A stretch of 64,000 nucleotides of DNA from Lama guanicoe. Its lineage: Eukaryota. The DNA is taken from NCBI GenBank assembly GCA_013239625.1, contig MU053369.1, positions 97,479 to 161,478 of the forward strand. Reading direction: 5' to 3'. The notes under the pieces were generated by a model that saw only the letters and a list, made by a program, of their open reading frames with translations, had not been told where the DNA came from and searched no databases. The position numbers and the translations under genes are program-made. Shown here in pieces: positions 1 through 14,409 of this stretch. Each line of letters starts with the position of its first letter. Positions within the stretch are counted from its first letter, which is position 1.

Positions 1-2342
1 CCTCCAGAACTCATTAATTTGCTGTCTGCTCCTGTGGCAACCAAACTCATAGAAGAGTCATCTCAGCAGATCACCCTCCTGGGGAGAACCCCCCGCAGAA
101 GCACTGCAGGCCATCTGCCCTCCCGCACGCTCTGCTGACCCTTGGTGTCCTCCGTGGCGACCAGGCCAACAGAGCTGTTCCCAACAGCTGCAAAGTCGCA
201 CACGTTAAATAAGTCATTTTATTTTATACGATATTTTACGTATATACCCATCTCTGAAAACAGCTTTGCCAGAAGCCCAAATCTTCAACATCAATCCGCA
301 AAGGCAAATCTGGTCCCCAAGGGGAAACAAGACTTAAGACGACGCTAAGGCCTCCAAAGTCCTCTCAAGGACTGTCAACCAAACTGCCTGCAGGACTGCA
401 GCTGCAGGCAGTTAAATCTCTGCTTTTAAAGCAACCGCTTCCTGCCCTCGGGAATTACAATGTCCCTCTACGCCCTCCTTTCTCAGGGTAAGAGCAGCCG
501 CTGCAAAACCTTGCAGGGAAGCACTGACAGGACTGGACAAAGAGGATCAGAGCTAAATTAATACTTCTGATGACAAGACCTTGTCACTGTGTCACTTTAG
601 AAATGAAGATATATATAGAGAGAGGTGTGGTGATATTGCTCAAAGTCACACAGCTAATAAGTGGCAAAGTCTATAACTCTGCTCTTCCCTTCGGCATGAC
701 GCCCCAGCTGGGACGCCCACAGGGTTCTCTAGTGCCTGCCTGAACAGTCCTTTCCTCTCACTCATAACCCACCACAGGGTCTGACCCTAGCCTGCCTTTT
801 CAGCATCTTTTCCCTCCAGTCTCTCAGGAACAAGGCAGTTTGGGCCACTGTATGACTTCCGGCTCCCAGAAACCTCCGTGCTCAGGCTGGTCTTGCCTGT
901 GCATCCGGCCCCCTGCTCAGAGGCTCTTCCTCCCCTGCAGGAGGACGTTTCCACTCTCCGCAGGGACACCCCCTCAGGGGAGCCCTCTTCTCGCCCTCAG
1001 GACGGCAGGTGTCTCAGGCCACATCCCGAGCTGCCCCACAAGGACTGAGGGTGCCCAGGTTTGCTAGTCAAACCACCAGCCTCAGAGCCAGGGATTATGC
1101 CCGGGCCACCCTGCAAACCTACGGCCCGCCTCACAGCCCCCAGCCAGCAGGTAACCTGGAAGTCACAGCAAGTGCCCCACCCAATTCAGAAGCCACTTCA
1201 TTTGCCAGCACCGCTGATGACTTGTTTCCAAACTTTGGTCAGTTTCGCACAAAACAGAATCTTCAACTGTGAAGCAAGGGGTTTCGCTTCTGCTCCCCAT
1301 CCTTACTGGAAACGTCAAGGGAAACGAAGAGGCCTTTTCTCAACACTTTTCTGATGACACCCTCCCACCCACAATACTCATATGCCCAAGAGCTTTGGAT
1401 CCACTTGATTTTGTTTCCCTTACGGTAAGTGGCTTAAAACACTGCGGAATTCCTTTTCTTTTGAGGGTATTTGTACTCAGTATATCGGCTTTAATCAGTT
1501 TTTGTCTCTCTCTTCAGTATCCATAGCAGTTGCCACCTATTACTCACTTCAGCGGCCTCCTTCCCAACATCTAGTCTAGGAAATCAGCTGTGATGAGGGG
1601 CCCAGGGGCAGTCAGAGAAGATGCAACTAAGGCACAGAGAGGCTACATAATTAGCCCAAGAAGATCAGCTTCAACGCCCAAAAGTGTGTGTCACTTCCCT
1701 CTGTTTAACTCTTATGCTACGCAAGCTAACTTTTTCTAGCTTATGGTTATAAACAGATGAGGTATGAAAATACATACAATGACACACATCTACTCTAAGA
1801 TGTTCATTAATTCCTCTATTTTGTTTTTATTTATTTCTATTAAAAAAATTAAGAACATCTGCAGTCAGTATAGCAAAATGTTACTGGGCTTTAAATCCAG
1901 AATATAGAGGTGTTAAGTGTCATTACTCATACTTATTTGTATGTTCACAAGACAAAATGATTTGAAAGTCCCTCTCCCCTCCCCCTACTAACTACTGGCT
2001 CTCACCTGAGCTCCCAGACCACACATCTAACAGCCTTTCACTTTACCCACAGCTGAACGCATCAGTATTCCCACAGANNNNNNNNNNNNNNNNNNNNNNN
2101 NNNNNNNNNNNNNNNNNNNNNNNNNNNNNNNNNNNNNNNNNNNNNNNNNNNNNNNNNNNNNNNNNNNNNNNNNNNNNNNNNNNNNNNNNNNNNNNNNNNN
2201 NNNNNNNNNNNNNNNNNNNNNNNNNNNNNNNNNNNNNNNNNNNNNNNNNNNNNNNNNNNNNNNNNNNNNNNNNNNNNNNNNNNNNNNNNNNNNNNNNNNN
2301 NNNNNNNNNNNNNNNNNNNNNNNNNNNNNNNNNNNNNNNNNN

Positions 2343-2423
2343 ACAAATGGGATTCTGTCACTCCGCGCCTTTTGGGACTCTTTTCAGACCCACTCTTCTT
2401 AGAAGAAACTCCAAGTTCTTCAC
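2343..2423 (-). other. Candidate exon running into an assembly gap
   Basis: Acceptor gacttccaccag|; reads VKNLEFLLRRVGLKRVPKGAE* or, in the alternative frame, GEELGVSSKKSGSEKSPKRRGVTESHL. Confidence 0.35.
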
Positions 2424-3129
2424 CTGGTGGAAGTCTTTGCCATGAAACTGTCAGCCAAGGGAGGGAGGCCCCGGCCCCTCCCCTCGGCCCTGCCCTCTGG
2501 CAGAGCATCAGATTGGGAGGACCTGCTGAGCTACACCAGCCTGTATTCTAAACCTGGTCTTGAGTTCTTAGCAAACTGCTTCACTTATCCTCACAAATCC
2601 AAGGTAGATTAGGAAGATTTTAGATGTTGAGCTAGACTATTGATTTGGGGATTTTGCACTAACAACCTGCAAGGATATGTTCTAATAATTCTGTCTTCTT
2701 AAAACCACACCCAGATTAAAGGAGTATTTGTGGAATGTCTTCGGAGGAAAAGGGACAGTACTTTTACAGACTTTATGTTTTATAACATGAACAACACAGA
2801 CAGGGTCACAAATGGAACCACCTCACAGGTGACAGAAGACAGGTGAGAGGCACAAAGCAACAGGTCGCAAAGATGGTAAGAGCAAAGGTGATTCTCCAAC
2901 CCCCCAAAAAATTCCTGAAAGAACCAAAAATTCTGAATTTTAAATGTAAAAGACTATCATATAGAGAAATGAAATAAATAATCCTCTTCATCAGGGTTTC
3001 AAGATCTCACTCCAGAATTTTTAGCAGGCCATGCTGAATCCTAGCACAGAAAAATCAGATGGACTAGTGGTGAGAAAGTTCCAGGAAAGCTGCAGTAATT
3101 CCTCCACTTTTGTAAGGACATACACTCAC

Positions 3130-3253
3130 CTGCCGAAGGTGAATGTAGACCGCATTCTGGATAAATTCGGAAGCTCCCAGGCTCCGCTTCTGGATGCCGA
3201 GGACATGGACAGCTTGGAAGCATGCTTCTAACTCAGTCACCGGCATTCTTACA
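3130..3253 (-). other. Candidate exon (124 nt) of an unidentified gene fragment
   Basis: Strong acceptor cctccgtttcccctgcag| and consensus donor CAG|gtgagt; open frame [41 protein letters not shown]. Confidence 0.55.
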
Positions 3254-4444
3254 CTGCAGGGGAAACGGAGGCCCCCAGTCAAGGGCAGAGATGCTCCTGT
3301 CGTGTATCACAGGCCGTGCCTCTGGGACTCAGTGCCCTGCAACAGCCCGGCCCCAGGCAAGTACCCACAGCGTGGCCCACCCAAGCAGGAGGGGCACTGT
3401 GCTTTAGAAAGCCCATCCCCGATGGGGGCAAGAGGGGCTGGTGGGGTTGAGTGAACCTATAATTGCCCACAGAAATATGCGTGCATTCATTCAAGTGATA
3501 CAAACAACAGTAGCAAGCTATTTAACAAAATTTCAATTGTCAGCGGAAATTTTGCCATTCCTTTCCGCTTGTCCCCTGCACTCTGAGACAGGCTTAGGCT
3601 CTCTTACACCTGCAGCTCTGTGCAATAGTTGTGAAGTCATTTTACTTTGCTGCAAGCATCCTCACTCCCCGTTTCACTTTTTCTGTCCTCTCTTAACACA
3701 GTCGGATATCTTCCTGGATCTCTCCCTGAGTTCCATGCTCCTCCTCCTCAGATCCTGAGATAAAGGACAAGTGAAGACACATGACCAGAAAAGGTACTGT
3801 GGACTTGAACGAAGTCCTCAGTGACCCCCTAGGTGAGTGCTGCCCACCCCTTACCATCGATTCTCAAGGTTCTGCCCAGGGTGACATCCAGCCCAGAGAG
3901 GTGGCCCAGGCCAATTAAAACCTATGTGGCTTGGGCGCAGGGACAGTTATAGGAGCTGGTTCAGGAGCCAGGCCCCTCCCCACCTGTGCTCCCCTCTCTC
4001 CCGAAGCCCCCCTGCCAAGCACTCAGGCTCCCTGATCTTATGTCTTACACTTCTACTCTATTCCAAACCCTTTTTCTTTTCCTTTTTTCCCTAATTATCC
4101 CCAGCTGGAGTGATTTTTCAATCGCAGTATCTGAAAAAAATTCCTGCAGCCGAAAAAGAGGTCTCCAGAGGTCAATGCCCATATGCTGGTTCCTGAAGAG
4201 AGCCCCTGGCTAGGGCGACCCTCACCAACACTCACGGGGCATCAGACATGTTGGAGGGTCGGCAACCCCCAACAAGAGTTTGCTGTCACCCCAATGCCCA
4301 TACAGCATTCCTGCTCACAAAAATATAGTTGGTCCACTTATCGGTAATTAAGAAGCAAAAATACAAAATTGCTCATGTTTCTTACTAAAATTACCTATGA
4401 AGCTGAAAAGGGAATTGTAATAAAAAATAACAATTTTGACCCTA

Positions 4445-4952
4445 TGTTAGATCTGTTCCTTTGGCTTTAAATCTGTGCCCTGTTTTCTAGACTCAGACTT
4501 GGTAGATCTGCACCATTTGAAAAAGAAAGTTGCCTTTAGCCTGAAATCTACAGGAAAGCCTATTCTCCTGGCCCTGATCTTTAAAAATGTTAGCTCGTCT
4601 GAACTTCTATAGAGATGGCAAGTTGCATAATAGAGAATAGCCTTTGTTTTTTTGGAGGTTTTACAGGGGCACCATGCTTTGATCCACATGGACAGCTGCA
4701 AGAACAGCGGATTCAAAGGACAAGCAGTTCATAAAGCAAGAAGTATGCAACAACCAACCACAACCCCGCCCCTTTTAGTATAAAAGGAGACTGAATTCTG
4801 ACTTGGGGAAGGTGGTTCTCCAGGACATCAGTCTGCCGTCTTCTGGGTCTGCCAGCGTTGCAAGTAAAGTCACTATTCCTTGCTCCAACACCTCATCTCC
4901 CGGTTTATTGGCCTGTCATGCAGCGAGCAGAACGAGTTTGGACTCCATAACA
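4445..4952 (+). mobile_element. Solo ERV LTR (ERV1-like)
   Basis: TG...CA ends (tgttagat...ccataaca), TATA-like tataaaa near 4779, AGTAAA poly(A)-like signal near 4863; no clear target-site duplication. Confidence 0.7.
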
Positions 4953-5148
4953 AAATGACTGCATTGGAGGTAGTATGTCTCCACTGTTTCCTCATTTCCA
5001 ATATGTAACATGCACATCATTTATGATCTAGTGCAAATAATTCATCAAAGGCAACTGCCAAAAGAAACTATACTCACCTAGCTATCAACACTGAAGTCAA
5101 AACCTGTCAATTTTATATGCTGTTTAACAACACAACGGAAAAACTTAC

Positions 5149-5229
5149 ATAGGGAGTTGATTCCACAGAAATAAAATTATTTCTACTCTTTCAACACTTT
5201 TTCTTTTCTTTTCTATTTTTTTTGTTTTG
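5149..5229 (-). other. Candidate exon (81 nt) of an unidentified gene fragment
   Basis: Acceptor ttttattttcctttcaataag|, donor TAT|gtaagt; one frame is open (KTKKIEKKRKSVERVEIILFLWNQLP). Confidence 0.45.
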
Positions 5230-6427
5230 CTTATTGAAAGGAAAATAAAAGTCAAGTCATTTTATTTCACGTATTTTTGTTATAGCTACATTCTTTAAAT
5301 ACTACAAAAAGATTTAAATTGCAAAAAAAAGTTCATATATTAGTATAAAGATATATACACAAACAATGGGGATTAGGAAAGGAATGGACATTTACTAAAA
5401 ATCCACTGCAATCCTGTATTTTACAAGCATATCCTGGAATATAAGCTCTATGATACAGGGGGCCCACCCCCATTCTCACTGTTGAGTCCCTTAGTAAACA
5501 ACTAGTAAGGCACCAGCATAGAACCATGTGATCAGTATTTTAGGAATAAATGAGGGAATTAGCTCGTTCAATTCTAAAACAAAAACCCTAAAATAAATAC
5601 TGAACTTATTTACAGATAAAGAAAATTGGAACCCAAAAAAGAAAAGTTACTTCCCCAAGGTCACAAAGCTAATAACTGGTAAAGACAAGATTTGAACTCA
5701 TCTGCCTGATTCTAAAAACTAAGGTGGAAATCCCATTCGACTGGGAGGGTCCAGCAGCAGAGCCTATCACCCTATCTTTGTTCATATCTAGCCTTAGACA
5801 GCCTGAGACAGCACCCCATTCCTATGGAACTCGAGGGCAAATGATAACAATAAGGATTTTATATCCAGTAGTTTGTTAGGTCTCATATATATAAAGTGTC
5901 AGCAGGTCAGCAGAAAAACTCTGGAAAATATGAGTGGGTCCAGAGCTTTTTGCTGATTAGTAACTCAGTCTATCAGGACATAGTGACCTTCCCATGAGAG
6001 GCCACATGGACATAAACTAAAGGCAGCTGAGCAATGAAAGCTAACAAGACCCTGGAACTCAAGCAAGAAGGATCCCTGCCATCTCCCACCCAGTTGCATC
6101 TTCACCAATGTGGACATGATGGCAGGAGACCCATCTTGTCCAAGTTACACCATCATGGATTCTCACCCATAAAATGTTACGACTCTATGCTGTCTTAAGT
6201 CCTTTAAAACTCAAATATGATAGCACCAATATCTCAGCAGAATATCTATGTCTCCACTTCCTGTCTCCTAATAGGAGAATATTTCTATGGACACAAAGCA
6301 GAAATCCAATTGAAAAAACCATGCACGAAGCCAGGCGAAATTCTGCTTAAGACAATGCTCTCACACTCAGTAAATTAAAACTGAGAAAAAGTGGTCCTTC
6401 TCCCTCAGCAAATGAGAGGTAGCCTGA

Positions 6428-6462
6428 TGTGTGTGTGTGTGTGTGTGCACGTGTGTGTGTGT
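6428..6462 (+). repeat. (GT)n microsatellite
   Basis: Interrupted TG run. Confidence 0.95.
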
Positions 6463-7429
6463 AAATCAATCAAGTCTGGGATGTGTAGTTTTTTTTACGT
6501 CACTGTCATTTCATGGGGATGAGCCACCATTTAAATAATTTGAATCTAGTGTTCTGAGAGAGTCTCAGGCTCTTGGTGGAGGAGGTGAAAGGGGAGAGAA
6601 AAAGGAGGAAAGAGGTACATGAAGCAAAGAAGTAAGAATAATGCCAGGGAAAGGCAAGATGTTAGTTTTGTTCTTCCTTGCACCACATACAAATTAGGGA
6701 CTAGCTTTCCCCTGATGACTTACCGAGCACTGAGTTGCAGAAGACGAGGCGACAGCTCATTTCTCACTGAGCTTGTGACTGTATGTGGCATCTTTTAGAC
6801 ACAAATCATTTACCCTGATCAAACACTCTAGCAGAAGGCCGTAACTCTCCTGTTTTGAGAGACAAGAAAGCAGGAGTTCAAACAGGATGTATAACTTGAC
6901 AAAAGTCAGAGGACCAGTAAACTAAAGAGAATTAATTCAAATTCAGATCTGAATGCAGAGTCTGATCTTCCCACTCCCAGGACTGGAAAATCCTTAACAC
7001 AGGCTCCCAAGTTCCCCTGCAGTGTTCCTGGCACCAAGCATTTCCCATGGCAATGGTCACCAGTTCTCACAGACACAGCGCTCTGTGCAGCCAATGACCA
7101 TGATCAGACCTTCATCATCTATCTGCCACGCCCACCAGGCTTCACCATACAGGCAGGAAAGCTGGCTTTCAATTGCATACAAAGCCATTCCTTGTCTAAC
7201 CTGGGCTCTTCTGTGGCTTCTCCAGCCTAAAGGCAGCCATGAAACTGCTCACAGTTTGTACATGAGCCACACTACCTCTCTCCATTTTTCTCCCCACCTA
7301 TACTACTTAGCTATGACCATTTTGAGAATCTTGGACACAAATTATTAAAAACAAAAAAGAAAGGATTCTGGAAAAAGTACTTAATACTTACAATTTTAAA
7401 TGATAAGTTACAAAGTGAGTATTTACAAA

Positions 7430-9470
7430 CCGAATCTTCCTTTCTAAATTTCAGTTTTAAGCATTTAAATATATAATAGCAAAAAATTCTCACTTACAAA
7501 ATTGACAAAAACATAAACAATAATCAGGAATAAATTCAAAAATAATGCCCATGTTCTAAATGGAGAAACTTCAGGACTGTACTGAGGGGTAAAGTAAGAG
7601 GTGTGAATGTAGAGACATCAACAAACTGCATGGAGGAAAGCAGTTTTGTAAAAATGTAAGTTCTCATTAGAATAATTCAAAAGTTACTAAAAAATCCCAT
7701 GAGAACTCCAATCTGATTTTTTTTTAACTTGAACAAAATATTTTGGAATTCTTCAGGAATAATCAAGTCATAATAATAGAAAAGAAAATTTGGGATGGAA
7801 GAAAAAAATCAAAAAAATTCAGACTGCCAATTATTAAATAAATTTTTACAATATGTAAGATATGCTGCTGGTGCAAGAAAGGCAGATTGACAGAAGGGAA
7901 CCATGAGCTCAAAAAAAGACTGTAGTGTACATAAGTATTTTGTACAGGTGGGATTTCAAATCAAAGAGAAAAGTATGACTTCAATAATTGTCCTGGGACA
8001 ATCAGAGAACCACCTGGAAAGAATAAATTCTATTCCACTCATAATGACCACAAGATAAATTACAGACCGTGATGTAAATATTAAAAAGTACTAATAACAG
8101 CAAATACAACACTTTCCTTTTATTAACTCAACTTACCCTTACATTAACAAGTACTATTATCATCTCCATCTTAGAGATAAAAAAGAACCTACAGAGGAGA
8201 TTTATTCCAGTATAAGAAAGTATTTTTAAGAATAATGTCAAAGATAAAACCCATAAGGAAGACATTTACTATCATAAGAATATTTTGAGACACAACAAAA
8301 ATAAAAATCCTCCTGAACAAAATGAAAGGCAAGAAATCACAAGAAAAAGCTGTGTGATACATGTTGATGAAGACAGGAAGTTAATGTTCATAACATACAA
8401 AGAGCTGTCACAAAGCAACAAGTAAGTCCCTCACTTAAATGTGTGCAAATGATAAAAGGAATCATTCATTTTAAAAAAGTCAAATGGCTAATGAGTGAAA
8501 AATGCTCAATACTTCACTGGTCATCAAATGCAAACTAAAACAATGAAAAGCACTTTTGCTCATCATATTGGCAAATATTTTTAAAAGATATTCTAGCTAG
8601 TGTCCATCTTTGAGAGAACAAACTGTGAGCGATCTTTTTGGAGGACATGTCAATGGATATGTAAACTCTGAAAAACGTACGTACACACTGACTCAACACC
8701 ACTTCTAGGAATCGTTTCCTCTAGGAAAAAAAAAATTCAGTCCAGAAGGATGTACCCATCAGGGCATTTACACAGCACTGTTTACAATGGTGGGAAGAAA
8801 AACTGAAGTGTAATCATATCCAGCAATGGAGAATTGGTTACGTAAGTAATTGTGCATCTTTTCATTCCCCAATGGAGAAGGAATTTCTAGAGTCACTTGA
8901 AAGGAGTCTGTGATGAATGTAAATGTCACATCCAGGGATTAAATTTCCAGAAGCCTTAACTAAAGGAATACTCATACAAGATCACAGGAATGTCTGTACA
9001 AGAAGGATGCCAGTCAAACATCCTTTCTGACAGTGGAAAATGGAGAAAACTTAACTGTCCACCATCAAGACAATGATGCGGTAAATCACGGCGAGCTGCG
9101 AGCACTGAGGGAGCCGGCGTTTCGCCGTGGTCCAGGGCCATGTCCACAGCATTCTCTCACAAATGGTGTGCGTGACAAGACACCACATCTGCACATCAGG
9201 AGACCCCTCCACTATATCTGAAAAGACCAGGTGAGTCTGGAGTGGGAGGACGTCTATGATATACATCTGAGTGAATAAAGCGAGCTGCAGATAAACATAT
9301 AGTATGGTCTTATTTTTAAATAAAGCATATAAACACACACATAAACATAGAAATTGCATATGTGTGTATATCTGTATGTCAGAGGCATAACGGTCATGAA
9401 ATATATATACCAAATTTTCAACAACTTTTACTCAGGAAATAAAGGGAAGGGAGGTAGGGCCTTCCTGTAC
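7430..9470 (+). mobile_element. Highly diverged L1M fragments (boundaries approximate)
   Basis: A-rich + strand with ORF2 remnants (caaatggctaatgag, gactcaacaccacttctagga, cagcactgtttacaat). Confidence 0.6.
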
Positions 9471-12469
9471 CACCACAGTTCTCTTTTCAGTATTTCAGTT
9501 AAGTATACTTGGAATTTAAAAGTTTATTTAAGTCTGAAGATAAATGGATGATGCCTCCACAAGACAGAATGCTATACTGGTCATTAAAAATCATGCCATG
9601 GGAGATAGAATATTGTAGAAAAACGTGTAATAAGCCGAATGGAAACTAGAGGTGTCCACACAGTAAACAGGCACAGAGTGCTCTCTGGTTTTTTATGACA
9701 GAGGTGATACACGCTGACGAAAGGAACAGAAAAAAGGAGTTAACGTGTTAATAATTATCTTTGAATAGCGGGACCAGGAAAGCCTCTTTTGCCCACTTTT
9801 TCAGACTTATTATTTTAAATGCACATTCTTTTTATCTGAAAAAAGCATTTTTAGATGTGTAGTACCACGCATTGGATAATAATACATGAATACTTAGAGA
9901 AACAAGTAACTAGGAGACACCGCAGCAGTGTCACACAATGTAGAACGGGCGATTCTGATTGACACCACGCAGTTACATAAGGACCCACAAAGTGAAAGCA
10001 CCTGCTGTAACAGGGCGTGGCCCCCTTCTATTTGTCAGCAGTGTCTTCAGAGCTGAGGCAGTTCTGAGCACGGCCAGTGTCAGTGCTGGTGTCTGGATGG
10101 ATGCTACTGGGGGTGAGGGCACCTGCAAGCCGAGAGGAAGAACAGAAACCATCCTATGCCTTTCCTGTCTGGTTTCTTTGTTACTTTAAAAGAGAGGCAT
10201 ATATAAGATAAACTGTGTATCTTCCCAAATGAAATGTCAGTAATGAAACCGTTTTTAAAGTCTTCACAGCTTATATTCTGCCTATAAATGTCTTTTCAAC
10301 AAAGATCATATTTATTTAATGTTAATTAACTCAGTTAATTAACTCCCTGTTGAAACATTCTAGTAAAGAACATGAAATGAAGTATGTAAAAGAATCACAC
10401 CTGCAGTGACTAGCTCAGCTGTCTTGACGGCAGTGCATTCAGCCAGCACCATCCCGTGGCCCTGAGCTCCTGATACTGGTAAGAGAGCACGCTGCCGCCT
10501 CAGATGCAGAGAAACTGTGAAAGCATTTTTTCAACGCTACAGCAGTGACAAAACATAACTGACAAATCCCAGGCACCTTTGAGGCTCTCATTTTCTGTTT
10601 CTGGCCAACCCCCGTCAATGAGCAGAACCACCCCATTCCCGAGCCATGGGACTCACGTGGGAAGCAGTTTTGGAGGAAGAGACTCAAAATATTCTCCTGA
10701 GCCTTAGTAGCTGGAAAGGCTGAGCTTCTCCTAAGCCACTTATTTATTTCACAGCCAGTGAGCACCTCCCACAAACCCTGCTTCACTGTGTCTGCTGGGA
10801 GCCTCAGGCACACTGCTGCTGTCGATCTTATAAGTCACAGGGCAGAGGCGTGTGTCTCACGCCTGCAACCCTCACACAGGCTCGCCTCCTAGCCTCACTG
10901 TCTGAACTTGGCCCCATTTTCTCACCTGTTTATTTGGTATCGGTTCTTCTGTAAGCTGCCTGAAATGCGTTTTGGAACATTTCAGAAGTATCAGTGGGTT
11001 GAGGAATGGACAGATTGAGAGGTGAGAGTTGGGCAGACAGAGAGACTCCAAGAACAGGGCTACATATAAAATTTCCTATGCAAAACACTCTTCTAGTCAG
11101 GGAAGGAAACCACCACGGAGAAGTGTGAAGAGGCAGGTAGCTTAGGACTGTTTCCTGGATTCCATGAAAAGTCACACCAAGAGATGAGAGTGTAGAACTT
11201 TAAATACTAAAAGAAAATAAGCACGCATGCTTGAAAAATATATCTACACTATGTACTTTCTAAACAATAGATTCAAATCAGCAGGGCCCAATAACACTAT
11301 CCTTGTGTATTTACAGAAGTGAGAACCCCATCTCCAAACCACAAGGCATCCCTTCGGAGCACTGAGAGTCTACACGGGGCGGTCATAAAGCAGTCACCGC
11401 AAAAGCTATGCGATCCTGCACTTACGAGGAACGAGCAGCTGTGCTCCGGCTGCCCACGCGCATCATTTACACCCCACAGCACCTCTACGGGGGGGGACGC
11501 CTAGGGAGCCCCATCTCTGCAGGACAGAAAACCAGTTCTGGAGAGGCTAAGCCGACCTACCATTTCTCCATCTCACAGGACTGGTCACTCCAGAGCAGGA
11601 CTCGAACTCGGACCCACGTTTGTAACCACGGTACTACCGTGATTTGTGTGTTGTTTGTGTGTATAATACATTTGTTTCTAGCATGAAANNNNNNNNNNNN
11701 NNNNNNNNNNNNNNNNNNNNNNNNNNNNNNNNNNNNNNNNNNNNNNNNNNNNNNNNNNNNNNNNNNNNNNNNNNNNNNNNNNNNNNNNNNNNNNNNNNNN
11801 NNNNNNNNNNNNNNNNNNNNNNNNNNNNNNNNNNNNNNNNNNNNNNNNNNNNNNNNNNNNNNNNNNNNNNNNNNNNNNNNNNNNNNNNNNNNNNNNNNNN
11901 NNNNNNNNNNATGGTGACTTATTCCAAAACCAAGGCTGGGGAAAGGGCACATGCAGCAACTAGAGCAGTATCAGCTGTAGGAAGGTGAAAAGAGCTCACG
12001 GGAGGGCTCAGGGGGCAGCCTCATTTAATTTCAATCGATAAAACAATAACACACTCTAAAAATACTAGCATAAAATGGATTTGCTCTTTCTTGATATCTA
12101 GTAAGTTTCCACAGCCCACATGTAACATTATCGTAAAGCAGTGAAAAGAAGAGTCCACAGACAGGGAAAATAAATGCCACAGGCTGGCTGAAACCCAGGT
12201 TGGAGTATAAGAAGAGAAAGGGCATAGTTAAGAAGTGGGGAAAGGCTGGGAAAAAAATCATCACAATGACTCTCATGCATCATCCAACAATCATATAATC
12301 ATTCATTCAAGAGAGAGTTACTGAGGTCGTATTCTGTGCAAGATTGTACAGCGGCGAAGCAAGAGCACAGCGTCCATGGTGGCAGCAAGTTGCGGGGCTC
12401 AAATACACTTCTGATCCTGGTACCTTGCACACTTGTCCTCAGTACAAAGGCAAAGAAAAAAAAAGTAAA

Positions 12470-12775
12470 ATATTACTCTGTAAACTCAAAGCATTGTTGA
12501 AAAAAAATTTAAAGAAGACCTAAATATCAGGAGAGACACTCCACGCACATTCCTCTATCAAAAGACAGTGCTCTTGGAATGGCAGTTCTCCCCAGAGCGA
12601 TCCGTATATTCAACTTGGTCTCGATCACAATCCCAGTGGGCTCCACTGCAGAAACTGACTATCTGCTGCTACAATTCTTTTGGGAATTCGAGGATCTCTG
12701 TAACCTAAACGTACTTGAAAAAGAAGAACAATTTGAGAGGACTTGTAATTCTCAATTTCAAACTTTACAACTATA
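12470..12775 (+). mobile_element. L1M ORF2 fragment
   Basis: aaagaagacctaaat...atggcagttctccccagagcgatc...aaagaagaacaatttgagaggactt. Confidence 0.65.
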
Positions 12776-14409
12776 TCTCCAGGTGAGATTAGAGGTCATT
12801 GTGAAGTTATTACTGTGTTTATCCTTATTTTCTAAATTCTCTACAATGAATATAACTGTTACAATAAGAAAAATAAAAAGTAAGTTATCCTTTAAAACAT
12901 GCACACCGATTCATTCATTGGGAAAAAATATTTTATCAATAAAGAGATAAACAAATATCTAGTGAAAAAGGACAAATTAAAAACAAGAGTGCATTTACAT
13001 TTTTCATAAATTGAAAACTGAAAAACACAAACACATCAAGTTTCTAGGGAGACCAATGCAACATATTAATAGTTATTTTCAGAAACTCTAATTTAACAAT
13101 GAAAACTCAGGAAAGGGAAAATCGTGACTGACAGCCAACTGCAAACACATGGAGAGCAAAGGCCTAGAAATCACAGTTCCTTTAACTCTGCTCCTAACAC
13201 AATAGGAGAGGAAATTCCTCACTGAGGGGAGAGTGGAATCCTATGCATAAGACAGGATACACTGTACAAACTGCACTAGAATTGGGGGTGATTTTCTTAG
13301 AAGAATTCTAAAGTTACAAAATTGCTGAAAAACTATTAAAACACTGACAGAAAAATTAAAACACACAGTCATATATATTATATAGAAAGATATGAAGTCT
13401 GCTCCCATGTTGCATAGAAATACAAACATATTTGTTCATTTATGGGCACTGATTACTTTATCCCAGGTAGAATATTTCAACTAAAACAAGTAATCAATAT
13501 ATTACACTCCTCTTGTCAAAACTAGCTGATAAATTACTCTGCTATGTAAACATAATGTGTCGAAGATAGATCTAAAATTAGTGAAAAAAATCTTATGGTT
13601 TCTTGAACTATTCTCAAAATTCAAAGCTTAATTTTAAAACAGATATGAGCAGTAATTCTATATTACCTTTTCCCTCGTGAAATGAACAGCACAGTCTGTT
13701 GTCAAAATTCTGTCCTTACAATGATTCACGAGCACCGTATACTCACAAAACTACTGGACAGCAAGGCACTATCCAGACACTGTGACCCAACAAAAGAAAC
13801 ACAAGAAAGACAGTGACCCTATTCTGGAGGGCTTTAAGTCTGTGTCAACACCGGGGTTTTTATATGATTGGTTTGATTGGTTGGCAAAATAAAATCAATC
13901 AAGTAATTTCTTCTTTGAGCATTCTGTAAGTCATGACTGTTTTTAGTGTCATGAGCAGGAAAGACTTAAGCATGGCTTGATTAGGTCAACTAGCAACAAT
14001 CATCACTGGAGAGTGTGTAATAAAGAAGTTAACTGATAGCAATGCTTCTCCCTACATGAGACCTAAAATAAAACAACACTGATCTCTGTAAGGACAATGA
14101 GGAGATGAGATCCCCAATGAGAAAAAAACTAACAAGAAATCAAAAAAGTAAAGACTTTTTCATTAACGATTCCTGGAAAGAGTGGAGCATGGTGGTGAAG
14201 AGCTCAGATGCTAGGGAAAAAATGAGGGTCTGAATTCCCACAGCACTGGGTAGCTTTGACACTGATATGTCAGTCAAATTCTCTGCATCTCAGTCTCCGA
14301 CCCATAGACTGGGGACAACAACAGTACCCATCTCCTAGAACGGTCCTAAGGATTAAGTTATTTTATACATACAAGTTTAAATAAAATACCTCAGATATTA
14401 AATATTACC

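Noticed and set aside
4395..4402. 8-nt micro-exon (cccttttcag|CTTCATAG|gtaatt, minus strand)
   Set aside because: The flanking candidate exons already join in frame without it; likely chance.
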